A stretch of 64,000 nucleotides of DNA from Ignavibacteriales bacterium (GCA_026390635.1 JAPLFO010000139.1:34333-98332); one strand, 5' to 3'. Positions 51,847 to 61,788 are shown, numbered from the stretch's first letter. Notes: generated by a model from the letters alone, not told the origin. Made by a program: numbers and translations.

Positions 51847-52087
51847 TGCAGCAAAGTGAGCCGTCGTTTTGCCCATATTTTTCGTCAGTCTTGAATCTGG
51901 GTCATTTCGGTTTCAAGACAAAAGAAACGACGCTTCTGCATACTTTTAGAGAAAACAACAATAGACCCATGCTCAAATAGTAAGGCTAACTCTTATGACT
52001 CGCAAAGAATTCGTCATCTATGCGCAGGAGGCCCGTATTCCTTTCTTCCCAGATTATTCTGGACAGCAGTGCATTAAGTCCCTAAAC

Positions 52088-52150
52088 AAAAAAACAGCCG
52101 CAATGTCCCAGAGAGTGAATGAAGGATCTCTGTTGTCACTGCGGCTGTTT
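52088..52150 (-). terminator. candidate terminator hairpin downstream of the OPT transporter gene
   Basis: aacagccgca (52092-52101) pairs with tgcggctgtt (52140-52149) around a 38-nt loop holding an inner cagaga/tctctg hairpin. On the minus strand the stem is followed by TTTTTTGTTT. The atypically large loop lowers confidence. Confidence 0.35.
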
Positions 52151-52177
52151 ATATAACAGCTGATCAATCTTCGAACG

Positions 52178-54181
52178 TTATTCTTCCTTTGCGCGCATCG
52201 TATCCCACAACGTATACGCCGCGAGCAGAATGAACATCACAATAGCAACGAATTCACCCTGATGAGATTCTGCGAGTTCCGCATTGTACCAGGACGTATA
52301 TCCGAAGCGATATAACTGATCGTCGAAGAATCTCATAAATGCATTCAAAACACCGAACAATGCTCCGCCCGCGATAAAGCCGGACGCGATCAATGTACCG
52401 CGCGAGAAGCGTGCGTTGTTCAGCTTTTCATTTGTCGAACGGCTTGTGGCCCACCACGCAATTAATCCGCCGGCGACGAGCGGGAAATTTAATTCCTGCG
52501 GAATGTACATGCCGAGAGCAAATGCAAGCGGGGGAATCTTCACCGCAACGAGAATCAACGCGATCACCGCGCCGACAAGATAGAGAATCCAGGGAGCGCC
52601 CGTATTCGACATCAGCGGCTTGATAACGGCAGCCATGGCGTTGGCCTGCGGCGCGACCATCGCACCCTCGCCCTTGAATCCGAACGACTTATTGAGAATA
52701 AGAATCACAGCGGCAACTGTGGCGGCGGAGACGATCGTGCCGAGGAACTTCCATGCTTCCTGCTTCTTCGGCGTCGTGCCGAGCCAGTAGCCGATTTTCA
52801 GATCGGTGATAAATCCGCCGGCCATCGAAAGCGCCGTGCAGACAACGCCGCCGATGATCAGGGCGCTCATCATGCCGCTGTCACCGGTCAATCCGATTTG
52901 GGTAAGGATAAACGAAGAGAGAATCAACGTCATCAGCGTCATGCCGGACACGGGATTCGTTCCGACAATTGCCGTGGCATTGGCGGCCACGGTGGTGAAG
53001 AGAAAAGCGACAACAAGAACAATCAGCAAGCCGACAACGGCATGTGTGAAGTTGAAAACTACTCCGGCGTAAAAGAAGATGAAAATCATAAGCGCGGTCA
53101 GAAGAATCAGCAGGACGATATGCAGCATCTTCAAATCAGTCTGCCAGCGCACCTCAGATGAAGAGTCAGCGCTTTTTGACCGGAATATTTCGTGGTAGGC
53201 AAGACTGAATGCACCCGCAATAATTTTCGAAGAGCGCAGAATACCAATAATACCAGCCATTGCGATGCCGCCGATACCGATCTGCCGCACATACGCACGG
53301 AAAATTTCTTCTGCAGTCATAGCATTGATCAATTTCGTTGCCGTCGCGCCAAAGGGAGCCGTCAATCCAGCGCCAAGATTTGCCACCAGCGGCACAAGAA
53401 CAAACCAGGACAACGCGGAACCGGCGGCAATGATAACGGCGTACTTGACGCCGATGATGTAGCCAAGTCCGAAAATCATGGCGGAGACGTCGAAACGGAA
53501 TACCATTTTAACTTTCGTTGCGAGCAGATCGCCGAGCGGCACAACGCGTGATGTCACCACTTCCGACCACCATCCGAAAGCGCTGAAGACAAAATCAAAC
53601 AAGCCGCCGATGAGTCCGCTGACGACAAGCACGCCCGCCTGCTTGCCACCTTTTTCTCCGGCAATGAGAATTTCCGTCGTGGCCGTTGCTTCGGGGAATG
53701 GGAATTTGCCGTGCATGTCCTTCACAAAGAATTTTCTAAACGGAATCATGAAAAGAATTCCGAGAAAACCTCCGAACAGGGAAGACAGAAACATCTGATA
53801 GTATGTCGCAGGCAGATCGAGAATGTAGAGAGCGGGGATGGTGAAAATTGCGCCGGCGACAACAACACCGGAGCTCGCACCAATGGATTGAATAATGATG
53901 TTTTGCCCTAGGGCATTCGGACGTTTGAAGAGCGTTGAGAGACCGACGGCAAGAATGGCAATCGGAATGGCCGCCTCAAAGACCTGTCCGATCTTCAGTC
54001 CGGAATAGGCCGCCGCGGCAGAAAATAGGACTGCCATAACCAATCCCCAGCCGACAGACCACGGCGTCACTTCGGCAATCTGTGCCGTGGGATTCATGAC
54101 CGGCGTGTAGCTTTCTCCCTCCTTCAATTCTCTATAGGCATTGTCCGGGAGGCTGCTGTTGCCCGCGTTTTTTTGTTCCAT
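52178..54181 (-). CDS. OPT-family oligopeptide transporter
   Basis: 667 aa, about 16 TM segments, collinear with TIGR00733-type OPT transporters. Confidence 0.85.
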   Translation of the reverse strand: MEQKNAGNSSLPDNAYRELKEGESYTPVMNPTAQIAEVTPWSVGWGLVMAVLFSAAAAYSGLKIGQVFEAAIPIAILAVGLSTLFKRPNALGQNIIIQSIGASSGVVVAGAIFTIPALYILDLPATYYQMFLSSLFGGFLGILFMIPFRKFFVKDMHGKFPFPEATATTEILIAGEKGGKQAGVLVVSGLIGGLFDFVFSAFGWWSEVVTSRVVPLGDLLATKVKMVFRFDVSAMIFGLGYIIGVKYAVIIAAGSALSWFVLVPLVANLGAGLTAPFGATATKLINAMTAEEIFRAYVRQIGIGGIAMAGIIGILRSSKIIAGAFSLAYHEIFRSKSADSSSEVRWQTDLKMLHIVLLILLTALMIFIFFYAGVVFNFTHAVVGLLIVLVVAFLFTTVAANATAIVGTNPVSGMTLMTLILSSFILTQIGLTGDSGMMSALIIGGVVCTALSMAGGFITDLKIGYWLGTTPKKQEAWKFLGTIVSAATVAAVILILNKSFGFKGEGAMVAPQANAMAAVIKPLMSNTGAPWILYLVGAVIALILVAVKIPPLAFALGMYIPQELNFPLVAGGLIAWWATSRSTNEKLNNARFSRGTLIASGFIAGGALFGVLNAFMRFFDDQLYRFGYTSWYNAELAESHQGEFVAIVMFILLAAYTLWDTMRAKEE

Positions 54182-54256
54182 GCAAAGGGTTCCTTTTTAG
54201 TTGTGTAACAACTACCTGCGAGTTAAAACGACAAAGCTTTGCCACAGGGTCCCCCG

Positions 54257-54330
54257 ACTCGCTTCGCTCGCTTGGGATGACGCAAGAGTCACACTCCATG
54301 GTGAGCCAGCCCAACGGGACGATTCGAACT
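54257..54330. repeat. intergenic structured element, copy B, related to the element at 51750-51846
   Basis: …gactcgcttcgctcgcttgggatgacgcaagagtcacactccatggtgagccagcccaacgggacgattcgaact…. Same orientation as copy A. Lies 75-150 nt upstream of the OPT start, on the opposite strand. Confidence 0.4.
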
Positions 54331-54413
54331 AAGCTCTGTGAGCTCTGTGTTCTTCCGAATGATGCCTGCGGCATCATTCGAGATCCTCTGGACTGTGGCC
54401 ATTTTTCTCTTCA

Positions 54414-54818
54414 CTACGTACGATCTTCGGGCGGCCTGTTCAGCGACGAGTGATCGATCACAACCATCGAACATTGTTCGCATCGCCACGCTGCGTTGAA
54501 CTTCATTGAAATACCATGATTGAGTGTGTTGGGCAGCACGGCTTTCAGCCAGGCAAGGCTCATGCGTCCGGGGATTTTTTTATCACCGTCACACCACGCA
54601 ATTCCGCGCTCGGCAGCGGTGAATCCACTCCGCATGAGCACGCGGCATTTCGGACACAGTACTGGCTGCATTGCATGTGCGGGCGATGTTATGTGCGATG
54701 GACGGTGTGACTGCTGCTGTGTGTGTGCCCGCTGACGAAGGAGAACGATCAGTATCAGCCACACGACGGCAGTCAGGACGATGACAGCGATGGCTACTGG
54801 AATAACGATCATAGACAC
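54414..54818 (-). CDS. small membrane-anchored protein with Cys4 zinc-ribbon-like motif
   Basis: 134 aa with an N-terminal TM helix, then CPKC…(39 aa)…C-x2-C. It overlaps the pepT stop by 10 nt, so the two are probably co-transcribed. Confidence 0.45.
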   Translation of the reverse strand: MSMIVIPVAIAVIVLTAVVWLILIVLLRQRAHTQQQSHRPSHITSPAHAMQPVLCPKCRVLMRSGFTAAERGIAWCDGDKKIPGRMSLAWLKAVLPNTLNHGISMKFNAAWRCEQCSMVVIDHSSLNRPPEDRT

Positions 54819-56062
54819 TTCTCCACCCAGATTTGGGCAAGATGGACAACGGTCTCAACAGATCTTTCCATTCCGAAAAGGGAGACCCATTCGTTCTTGC
54901 TGTGATAATTATTGCCGCCGGTGAAAATATTGGGCGTCGGCAATCCGGCTGCCGTCAAGCGTGAGCCATCGGTGCCGCCCCGGATGGGCCGCCACTCCGG
55001 CTTCAATCCGGTGCGCCGTGTTGCTTCTTCAAGAGCATCGAGTCCGCGGGGATCTTTTTCCAACCCTTCGCGCATATTGCGGTACGATTCGATGATTTCA
55101 AGTTCAATCACCGCCTTCGGATACAGCGGCTGAACTTCAGCAATCACTTTTCGAACAATGCCGTCCAGCGTCTGCAGTCCAGCGGTCTCAAAATCGCGGA
55201 AGAGGAGCTTCACAACCGCTTTGGAGATCGATGCGTCAATTGTATAGGGATGGATATAGGGCTCGTAGCCTTCTGTTGTTTCGGGCGCCATGTTTTTCGG
55301 CAGGCGTGCTATCAGATCCGACATGACGCGAATAGCGTTGATCATGATGTTCTTAGCGGATCCTGGATGTATATCACGGCCGCGAATCGTAATAACCGCC
55401 GTATTTGCGCTGAAGGTTTCCTTATTCAGTTCGCCCGGTGTATCGCCGTCCACGGTGTACGCATACGCGGTATTGAATTTTTTTATGTCGAAATATTTTG
55501 TTCCTGCACCCACCTCTTCATCCGGCGTGAAAGCAATCCTGATATCGCCGTGGAGATAAGAAGGATTCTTCAGCAGCACATCCACAGCAGTCATGATGAT
55601 GGCGATGCCGGCCTTGTCGTCGGCGCCGAGCAGCGTTGTGCCATCGGTCGTGATGATCGTTTTGCCGATGTTGTGCTCTAATTCTTTATTCTCATTCATG
55701 CGGATGACGACGGAGGGATCGCCGGGAAGAACGATATCGCCGCCTTGATACGGCGCGATGATGTTCGGCTTAACGTTTGCGCCGGAAACTTCGGGCGACG
55801 TATCGACGTGAGCGAGAAAGCCGATTGCAGGCGCTTTGCCGTATGCCGGATGTGACGGTGGAATGTTGGACGGCAGCGTCGCGGTGACGTAGCCGTACTG
55901 ATCGATCTCAACGCGCTGAAGATTCAGCGCCTGTAGTTCCTGTTGCAGCAAATGAAGAAGATCGAACTGCTTGGATGTGCTGGGATAGGTTTCCGAGTTC
56001 TCATCGGACTGCGTGTCGATCTGCACGTAGCGAAGAAATCGGGAAAGAACCGTGTCATTCAT
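54809..56062 (-). CDS. pepT: peptidase T (tripeptide aminopeptidase, M20B)
   Basis: 417 aa collinear with PepT (…GFLAHVDTSPE…, …GADDKAGIAIIM…, …GGTDGS…). Confidence 0.9.
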   Translation of the reverse strand: MNDTVLSRFLRYVQIDTQSDENSETYPSTSKQFDLLHLLQQELQALNLQRVEIDQYGYVTATLPSNIPPSHPAYGKAPAIGFLAHVDTSPEVSGANVKPNIIAPYQGGDIVLPGDPSVVIRMNENKELEHNIGKTIITTDGTTLLGADDKAGIAIIMTAVDVLLKNPSYLHGDIRIAFTPDEEVGAGTKYFDIKKFNTAYAYTVDGDTPGELNKETFSANTAVITIRGRDIHPGSAKNIMINAIRVMSDLIARLPKNMAPETTEGYEPYIHPYTIDASISKAVVKLLFRDFETAGLQTLDGIVRKVIAEVQPLYPKAVIELEIIESYRNMREGLEKDPRGLDALEEATRRTGLKPEWRPIRGGTDGSRLTAAGLPTPNIFTGGNNYHSKNEWVSLFGMERSVETVVHLAQIWVEKCL

Positions 56063-56199
56063 GTGCCGGCCTCGCGTAATGGTGAAAAACTATTGTCGGG
56101 AAAGATAGTAAGATTCGATGAGAAAAACAGCGGAAAAGGAAAGGCCGGCAGGGGCGGCGACGCATCTTCTCCGCTCCGGTTCATTTCGTCGGTGACGAC

Positions 56200-56910
56200 T
56201 CACTGCATGGTATGGTACACAGAAAGGACGTCGTCGTCTTCCTCCATCTTGTCAATGAGGATCTGGATTTCCTGGGCCTCGGCTTCCGTCACCTCTTTCG
56301 CGATGGTGGGAATGAACTGCAATTCCGAATTGACGACCTCAATGCCTTTTCCCTCGAGCGCTTTCTGCATTGCACCGAAATCCTGGAATGATGTGTATAT
56401 GAAGATTTCCTGATCCTGTATGCTGAATTCTTCAAGGCCCGCATCAATCAGTTCCAACTCCAGTTCGTCGGTATTCGCAATTCCCGCCGCAGAAATCTTG
56501 AAGACGCCCTTTCGCTCAAACATAAAGCCGATAGATCCGGTGGTGCCGAGCGATCCGCCGTAGCGCGTGAACGCATGGCGAATATTGGCGACCGTTCGGG
56601 TGGGATTGTCTGTCGCGCATTCAACAAGGATTGCTACGCCATGAGGCCCGTAGCCCTCATATGTGATTTCCTGATATCCTGCGGTATCTTTGGAGACTGC
56701 GCGCTTGATCGCTGCATCGACGCGATCTTTGGGCATGTTGACACTCTTGGCATTCTGTATCGCAAGGCGCAGGCGCGGATTAATGGTCTTGTCGGGTCCG
56801 CCGCTCTTCACAGCGATTTCGATTTCTCTTCCAATCCGGTTGAACGCTTTGGACATGCGTGCAAACCGTGCGAACATCTTGTATTTCCGTTTTTCGAAAA
56901 TGCGGCCCAT
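56200..56910 (-). CDS. yebC: YebC/PmpR-family transcriptional regulator
   Basis: 236 aa collinear with E. coli YebC (…IYEGYGPHGVAILVEC…). Confidence 0.85.
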   Translation of the reverse strand: MGRIFEKRKYKMFARFARMSKAFNRIGREIEIAVKSGGPDKTINPRLRLAIQNAKSVNMPKDRVDAAIKRAVSKDTAGYQEITYEGYGPHGVAILVECATDNPTRTVANIRHAFTRYGGSLGTTGSIGFMFERKGVFKISAAGIANTDELELELIDAGLEEFSIQDQEIFIYTSFQDFGAMQKALEGKGIEVVNSELQFIPTIAKEVTEAEAQEIQILIDKMEEDDDVLSVYHTMQ

Positions 56911-57350
56911 ACATAATCCTTTTCGTTTTCAATTGCCCGGATAATCGTACAACAATGGCGCCACATTCCCTGCGGCGCTGGAAAATACGGAATTCCGGGA
57001 AGAAGTAAAAGAAGATTACACGCCGCACCATTCAGAAGAGGAGAAGATGTGGAAAAGAATCACATGGCCACGGAATCCTCTCGACAGATGGAAAATACTT
57101 TTGTGGCCGGATTTTTTGATCTCGATAAATTTGTTCATAACAAGACATCGAACATTCTTCTTCATCTCTGGTTTTTCGAAATGGGTTGCCGGAAATTGCG
57201 TGCGAAAAACTATCGCGCGCCACAAAGGCTCCAAGTCACGAAGAAAAACGTTGACCAAAACAAGCGCTGCGCCTCCGCTTGAAATTCGTTCCGTTTGTGG
57301 CTATATTAATCTCCGAACAAGCCAATTATCCGAGAGAAGCCAGCGAATCG

Positions 57351-58517
57351 ATGAGAATTATCAGCACTATTGTCTGCGTTGTCATTCTTCTGACGCAGTT
57401 TGCCTGCGCACCCAAGAAAAAATCCGGAACCATTCCCCCAAAGAAGAAACCATACGCGGGAAAAACAACGAAAGTGAAGCCGGTTACCATCGATTCGCTG
57501 AATAATGACATCGCGAATTTTGTCAGTGGTATTGTGCCCGGAAAATTTTTGAAGCTTCGCGCAGAACTTCCGTGGTGGAAGACGTACAGTGCATCGATCG
57601 ACAAAGAATGGGATATCGTCCGGGAAAACAAAGTTCGCCCTATCCGTTCCTGGGCCGATTCGCTCCAGATTTCAAAAGATATGAACGGACAGACGCTGTT
57701 TTATCCTTTCTCCGGTCCCGATTTTCTCTACGCCAACCTTTTCTTTCCAACCGTGAAGAACTATGTGCTGATTGCACTTGAGCCGCTCGGAACGCTTCAC
57801 AACGTGACAATGGAAGAAAACGAGTATTCCGAACACTATCTGCAGCAAATTCAGAAATCCCTTTTCTTCTCCACTCATGATGGATTTTTCCGCACCAAAA
57901 GCATGGAAAAGGAGCTGAATCAGATCGATCTCAACGGCACCGTCCACCTCCTTCTCTTCTACATCAAACGGTGCGGCTATCAGATCACCGCGGTTACACC
58001 CATCGAGCTGGATACGGCGGGGAATGTGCTTCCATTCGATGCCTCGAATCTCGGCACCGTAACATCGGTGAAAATCGATTTCTGTGATTCCACGAAGCGT
58101 GACACAAAAACGCTCTACTACTTTTCCTATGATCTCTCGGACGAGAATCTTCAAAAACATCCACGCGTACTGCGTTTTGCAGAGCAGATGGGCACACAAA
58201 GCACACTACTAAAAGCGGCATCGTATCTTCTCCATCGTCCCGAATTCACCATCATGCGTCAGTATGTGCTGAACAACTCACAGCTTATTCTGCAGGATGA
58301 TTCCGGTGTTCCCTACAAGCGGTTTGACCGCAGCGGCTGGACCGTCGAGCTCTTTGGTAACTACTCACGGACCATTGACCTCTTCACTCACAAGTACCAG
58401 GCAGACCTGAAAGCCGCATACGATGCCCGGAAACAGAAACATCTCCTTCCTTTCCGTATCGGCTATAATCTTGTGCATAGCGAAGTGAACATGATGCTTG
58501 CCCGAAGAATCCACTAA
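57351..58517 (+). CDS. hypothetical lipoprotein
   Basis: The ORF opens at 57279, but MRIISTIVCVVILLTQFACAPKKK (lipobox FAC) at 57351 is the likely start. No family recognised. Confidence 0.45.
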   Translation: MRIISTIVCVVILLTQFACAPKKKSGTIPPKKKPYAGKTTKVKPVTIDSLNNDIANFVSGIVPGKFLKLRAELPWWKTYSASIDKEWDIVRENKVRPIRSWADSLQISKDMNGQTLFYPFSGPDFLYANLFFPTVKNYVLIALEPLGTLHNVTMEENEYSEHYLQQIQKSLFFSTHDGFFRTKSMEKELNQIDLNGTVHLLLFYIKRCGYQITAVTPIELDTAGNVLPFDASNLGTVTSVKIDFCDSTKRDTKTLYYFSYDLSDENLQKHPRVLRFAEQMGTQSTLLKAASYLLHRPEFTIMRQYVLNNSQLILQDDSGVPYKRFDRSGWTVELFGNYSRTIDLFTHKYQADLKAAYDARKQKHLLPFRIGYNLVHSEVNMMLARRIH

Positions 58518-59441
58518 TTGACGACCATCCCAATGACACTTTGTAGTGCGTACCAATGGCGGCGCGGCCGGATGGCTGTGTCGGTGCTTTGCGTTCTCTT
58601 TGAATATTGTATGAATCCGGTTGCGGTATTCGGCCAGCAGCTCAAGTCCGAGATTGTTGATACGGCGGAAGCGCACACCGGCCGGATCATTCTTTTTAAG
58701 AATCACACATGGTCCTATATCCGGGAGTATGCCGGCGATTCCAACGGCCTGCGTTCGCCCCGCGTCTTTGATACCGCATGGATCGGAAATCAAATCAACG
58801 CGTACGGCAAAACGAAAATCCCATTCGATACATCAAACCGGTACGAAATCAACCTGATCGAAAACGAAGGCGAGTTCTGTATTCCCGTCGTGGGACACGT
58901 CGTGCGAGGCATGGATTACCGGCACGACGGCGTCGATGTTTCAATGGAAACCGGAGACACGGTGCGCGCCGCATTTGACGGCAAAGTGCGCTACGCGATG
59001 TACAATACCGGCGGGTACGGCAATCTGATTATCGTCCGCCACATGAACGGACTTGAAACATATTATGCACACCTTTCCGGATTTCTGTGTTTGCCGAATC
59101 AGGATGTACGCGCAGGGGATCCGATTGCTCTGGTCGGTAACACGGGTCACTCAAAGGGTGCGCACCTTCATTTCGAATTCCGATTTATGGACGTGCCGCT
59201 TGATCCGCAGGAAGTGATCGACTTCACGGAAAATACGCTCAAGTCCGACCGGCTGACCATCAACGCAAACGACATTGCAAAGTCGTACGCGAGTACCCGC
59301 AAAGTGTACAAGATCAGAAAAGGGGATACACTTGCCTCGATCGCAAAAAAGTATCACACGACAACACTGCGTCTGGCAAAGCTCAATCATTTAAAAAAGA
59401 ACACGCGTATTCGACCCGGCAGGAGATTGATTCTTGGATAG
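58518..59441 (+). CDS. M23-family peptidoglycan metalloendopeptidase with C-terminal LysM domain
   Basis: The M23 motifs HxxxD (…YRHDGVDVS…) and HxH (…KGAHLHFEF…) are present. A C-terminal LysM follows (YKIRKGDTLASIAKKYHTTTLRLAKLNHL…). Confidence 0.75.
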   Translation: MTTIPMTLCSAYQWRRGRMAVSVLCVLFEYCMNPVAVFGQQLKSEIVDTAEAHTGRIILFKNHTWSYIREYAGDSNGLRSPRVFDTAWIGNQINAYGKTKIPFDTSNRYEINLIENEGEFCIPVVGHVVRGMDYRHDGVDVSMETGDTVRAAFDGKVRYAMYNTGGYGNLIIVRHMNGLETYYAHLSGFLCLPNQDVRAGDPIALVGNTGHSKGAHLHFEFRFMDVPLDPQEVIDFTENTLKSDRLTINANDIAKSYASTRKVYKIRKGDTLASIAKKYHTTTLRLAKLNHLKKNTRIRPGRRLILG

Positions 59442-60756
59442 AAAGAAATACGGACTGTTTATGGCGACATCCATCGTGATCGCCAACATGGTGGGTACCG
59501 GCGTATTTACCAGCCTCGGCTTTCAGGTTCTCGGGACAACAACGGGTTTTGCACTGCTGATGCTCTGGATTATCGGCGGCGTGATCGCTTTCTGCGGCGC
59601 GGCATCGTATGCCGAACTCGGCGCCATGATGCCGCGATCCGGCGGAGAATATCATTTTCTTTCCCGCATCTTTCATCCGTCTGTCGGATTCATGTCCGGC
59701 TGGATTTCCTTCTCCATCGGCTTCGCCGCGCCGATTGCTGCTGCGTCGATGGCGTTCGGCGGCTATCTCATCGGGACATTTCATCTGCCGGCCATGACCG
59801 CCGGCGTTAATACACAAATGCTCTACGCCGCGGCAATTATTACCGTCCTGACAAGTGTGCACCTCGGCGAGCGTTCGATCGGATCAGCTTTTCAATCGTT
59901 CTTTACGTCGGCGAAAGTGCTGGCGATATTTTTCCTGATCACGGCAGGACTTTTCCACGGCAACACGTCGGGACTCAGCTTCAGCATTTCTGCGGCGGCG
60001 CTGCAGGACATGATGACGCCGGCATTTGCAATCTCTCTCTTTTTTGTGACGTACTCTTATTCAGGATGGAACGCAGCCGCCTATATTGCCGGTGAAATCG
60101 AGCAGCCGCAGCGGAACATTCCCCGCTCACTGCTCATCGGTACGGGGGCGGTGATCATAATGTACGTTCTATTCAATTTCGTGATGCTCCTCGCGGTACC
60201 AATTCACCAGCTTGCGGGAAAAATTGAAATCGGATATGTGTATGCCGACGTGATTTTCGGGACAGGAATGGGAACAGTGATGGGCGGCGTCATTTCTTTT
60301 CTCCTGATTTCCACCATCAGTTCGATGATTGTGGCGGGTCCGCGGGTGTCACAATCAATGGGTGACGATATTCCACTCTTCGGCATTCTGGCGCGAAAAA
60401 ACAACAAGGATATTCCATCCCGCGCCATCATGGCGCAGAGCGCCCTCTCGCTGCTCTACGTGGTGACGACGACGTTTGAACAGATGATCATTTTGATCGG
60501 ATTTGCCCTCAATCTCTATACATTCTTGACAGTCGTCGGATTGTTTGTCGAGCGCCGCCGTCACCCCCATGCCGTCCGGCCATTCCGCGTTCCCGGCTAT
60601 CCATTTGTACCGGGACTCTTTTTGGTGATTAATGTCTGGATTCTGGTGTACGGAATTATCTACAAACCTGGCGAGTCAATAGCCGGAATCGGAATTTCGG
60701 CTGTCGGTCTTGCGATATTTTACGCGGAACGATTCTTCCGAACGAAAGCAGCGTAA
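59434..60756 (+). CDS. APC-family amino acid permease
   Basis: 440 aa with 12 predicted TM segments and an APC signature near the N-terminus (…GVFTSLGFQV…). Confidence 0.8.
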   Translation: MDRKKYGLFMATSIVIANMVGTGVFTSLGFQVLGTTTGFALLMLWIIGGVIAFCGAASYAELGAMMPRSGGEYHFLSRIFHPSVGFMSGWISFSIGFAAPIAAASMAFGGYLIGTFHLPAMTAGVNTQMLYAAAIITVLTSVHLGERSIGSAFQSFFTSAKVLAIFFLITAGLFHGNTSGLSFSISAAALQDMMTPAFAISLFFVTYSYSGWNAAAYIAGEIEQPQRNIPRSLLIGTGAVIIMYVLFNFVMLLAVPIHQLAGKIEIGYVYADVIFGTGMGTVMGGVISFLLISTISSMIVAGPRVSQSMGDDIPLFGILARKNNKDIPSRAIMAQSALSLLYVVTTTFEQMIILIGFALNLYTFLTVVGLFVERRRHPHAVRPFRVPGYPFVPGLFLVINVWILVYGIIYKPGESIAGIGISAVGLAIFYAERFFRTKAA

Positions 60757-60790
60757 GCATTTTGATGCGAGTGCGATTGGGTGTGCACAT

Positions 60791-61336
60791 ATGAATACCT
60801 TTCTATCATTGGCGGCAGCCCGGTGCAGCGTTCGATCGTACACGGATCGGACGGTTGAGCCGAAAAAAATCGAGCATTGTCTGGAAGCGGCACGCCTTGC
60901 ACCGTCTGCCTGCAACGCCCAGCCGTGGAAATTCATCGCCGTTACCAATCCGGAGCTAAAGAATGAAATCGCGGCATATACATTCGATCCACTTCTTTCA
61001 TTTAACCGCTTCACTCACACCGCGCCCGTGTTGATTGTGATCGTTACCGAGAAGCCGCTGATCGTTGCGCAAATCGGCGCTGCGCTGAAGAATCGCGATT
61101 TCAATCTGATTGATGTCGGCATTGCTGCGGAGCACATCTGTCTCGCTGCCGCGGACGAAGGATTGGGCACCTGCATGATCGGTTGGTTCAATGAACGCGC
61201 CGTCAAGAAGCTCCTTCATATTCCATCCCGGAAAAGAATCGGACTGCTTATCACACTGGGATATCCCGCAGAGGGATATGCCCGTCCGAAGGTGCGCAAA
61301 TCCAAAAACGATGTAATTTCGTTCAATCAATACTGA
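60791..61336 (+). CDS. nitroreductase-family protein
   Basis: The ORF opens at 60710 but MNTFLS… is the preferred start. …RCSVRSYTDRTVEPKKIEHCLEAARLAPSACNAQPWKF… is the typical NADH-oxidase/nitroreductase N-terminus. Confidence 0.75.
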   Translation: MNTFLSLAAARCSVRSYTDRTVEPKKIEHCLEAARLAPSACNAQPWKFIAVTNPELKNEIAAYTFDPLLSFNRFTHTAPVLIVIVTEKPLIVAQIGAALKNRDFNLIDVGIAAEHICLAAADEGLGTCMIGWFNERAVKKLLHIPSRKRIGLLITLGYPAEGYARPKVRKSKNDVISFNQY

Positions 61337-61437
61337 CACTCCACGAGTGCAGCGGTCATTCGTTAAACCTCCCTTCCAGCTTCTTGTCAAATGTCAGTGA
61401 AGCAGCACGACTGAGTAGACAAAAAGAAGAGAGCCGT

Positions 61438-61788
61438 ATGAAGAAGAAAGTGTTTGCAATCGCAGCGTGCCTGTTGCTGTTGTGCACAACATCAGCAATG
61501 GCGCAAATCCATATCGGCGTTGGAATTCGCGTCGGACCGCCGCCGCCGGTGCGAGAGGTTATCGTCGATGGTCCATTTCGAAACGCAGTATGGATTCCGG
61601 GATTCTATCGATGGCATATGCATCGCCATGAGTACGCATGGGTGCCGGGACATTGGGCGCGAGCATCGCGGCCGGGTGCTGTTTGGATTCCGGAACGATG
61701 GGAACGGCGGCGAGGGGAGTGGGTATGTTTTGAAGGACGCTGGAAAGAGGAACGCCCTGCCGGGCGCGAACGACGTCGTGGTAATTAG
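61438..61788 (+). CDS. small secreted Trp/Pro/Gly-repeat protein
   Basis: Starts MKKKVFAIAACLLLLCTTSAMA (signal peptide). This is followed by repeats of W-[IV]-PG-x-[WY] spaced about 12 aa apart, and an Arg/Glu-rich tail. Confidence 0.45.
   Translation: MKKKVFAIAACLLLLCTTSAMAQIHIGVGIRVGPPPPVREVIVDGPFRNAVWIPGFYRWHMHRHEYAWVPGHWARASRPGAVWIPERWERRRGEWVCFEGRWKEERPAGRERRRGN

Noticed and set aside
51310-51850. RNase P RNA-like strings (CCGGCTTATCG near 51318 and GGTAAACTCC near 51814) in the long non-coding region
   Set aside because: On either strand the two motifs are in the wrong 5-prime to 3-prime order. They are about 500 nt apart, and no P4 GGAAAGUCCGG-type motif is present.
54320-54420. tRNA-like T-loop strings (GTTCGAATC on the minus strand of element B; GGTTCGACTC on the minus strand of element A) and a nearby CACCA
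   Set aside because: No acceptor, D or anticodon stems can be drawn around them, so they are not tRNA genes.
56063-56200. A third copy of the A/B intergenic element near 56170-56215 (gtgacgactcactgcatggtatgg)
   Set aside because: The similarity is short, and the segment overlaps the 3-prime coding end and stop codon of yebC (…VYHTMQ*).
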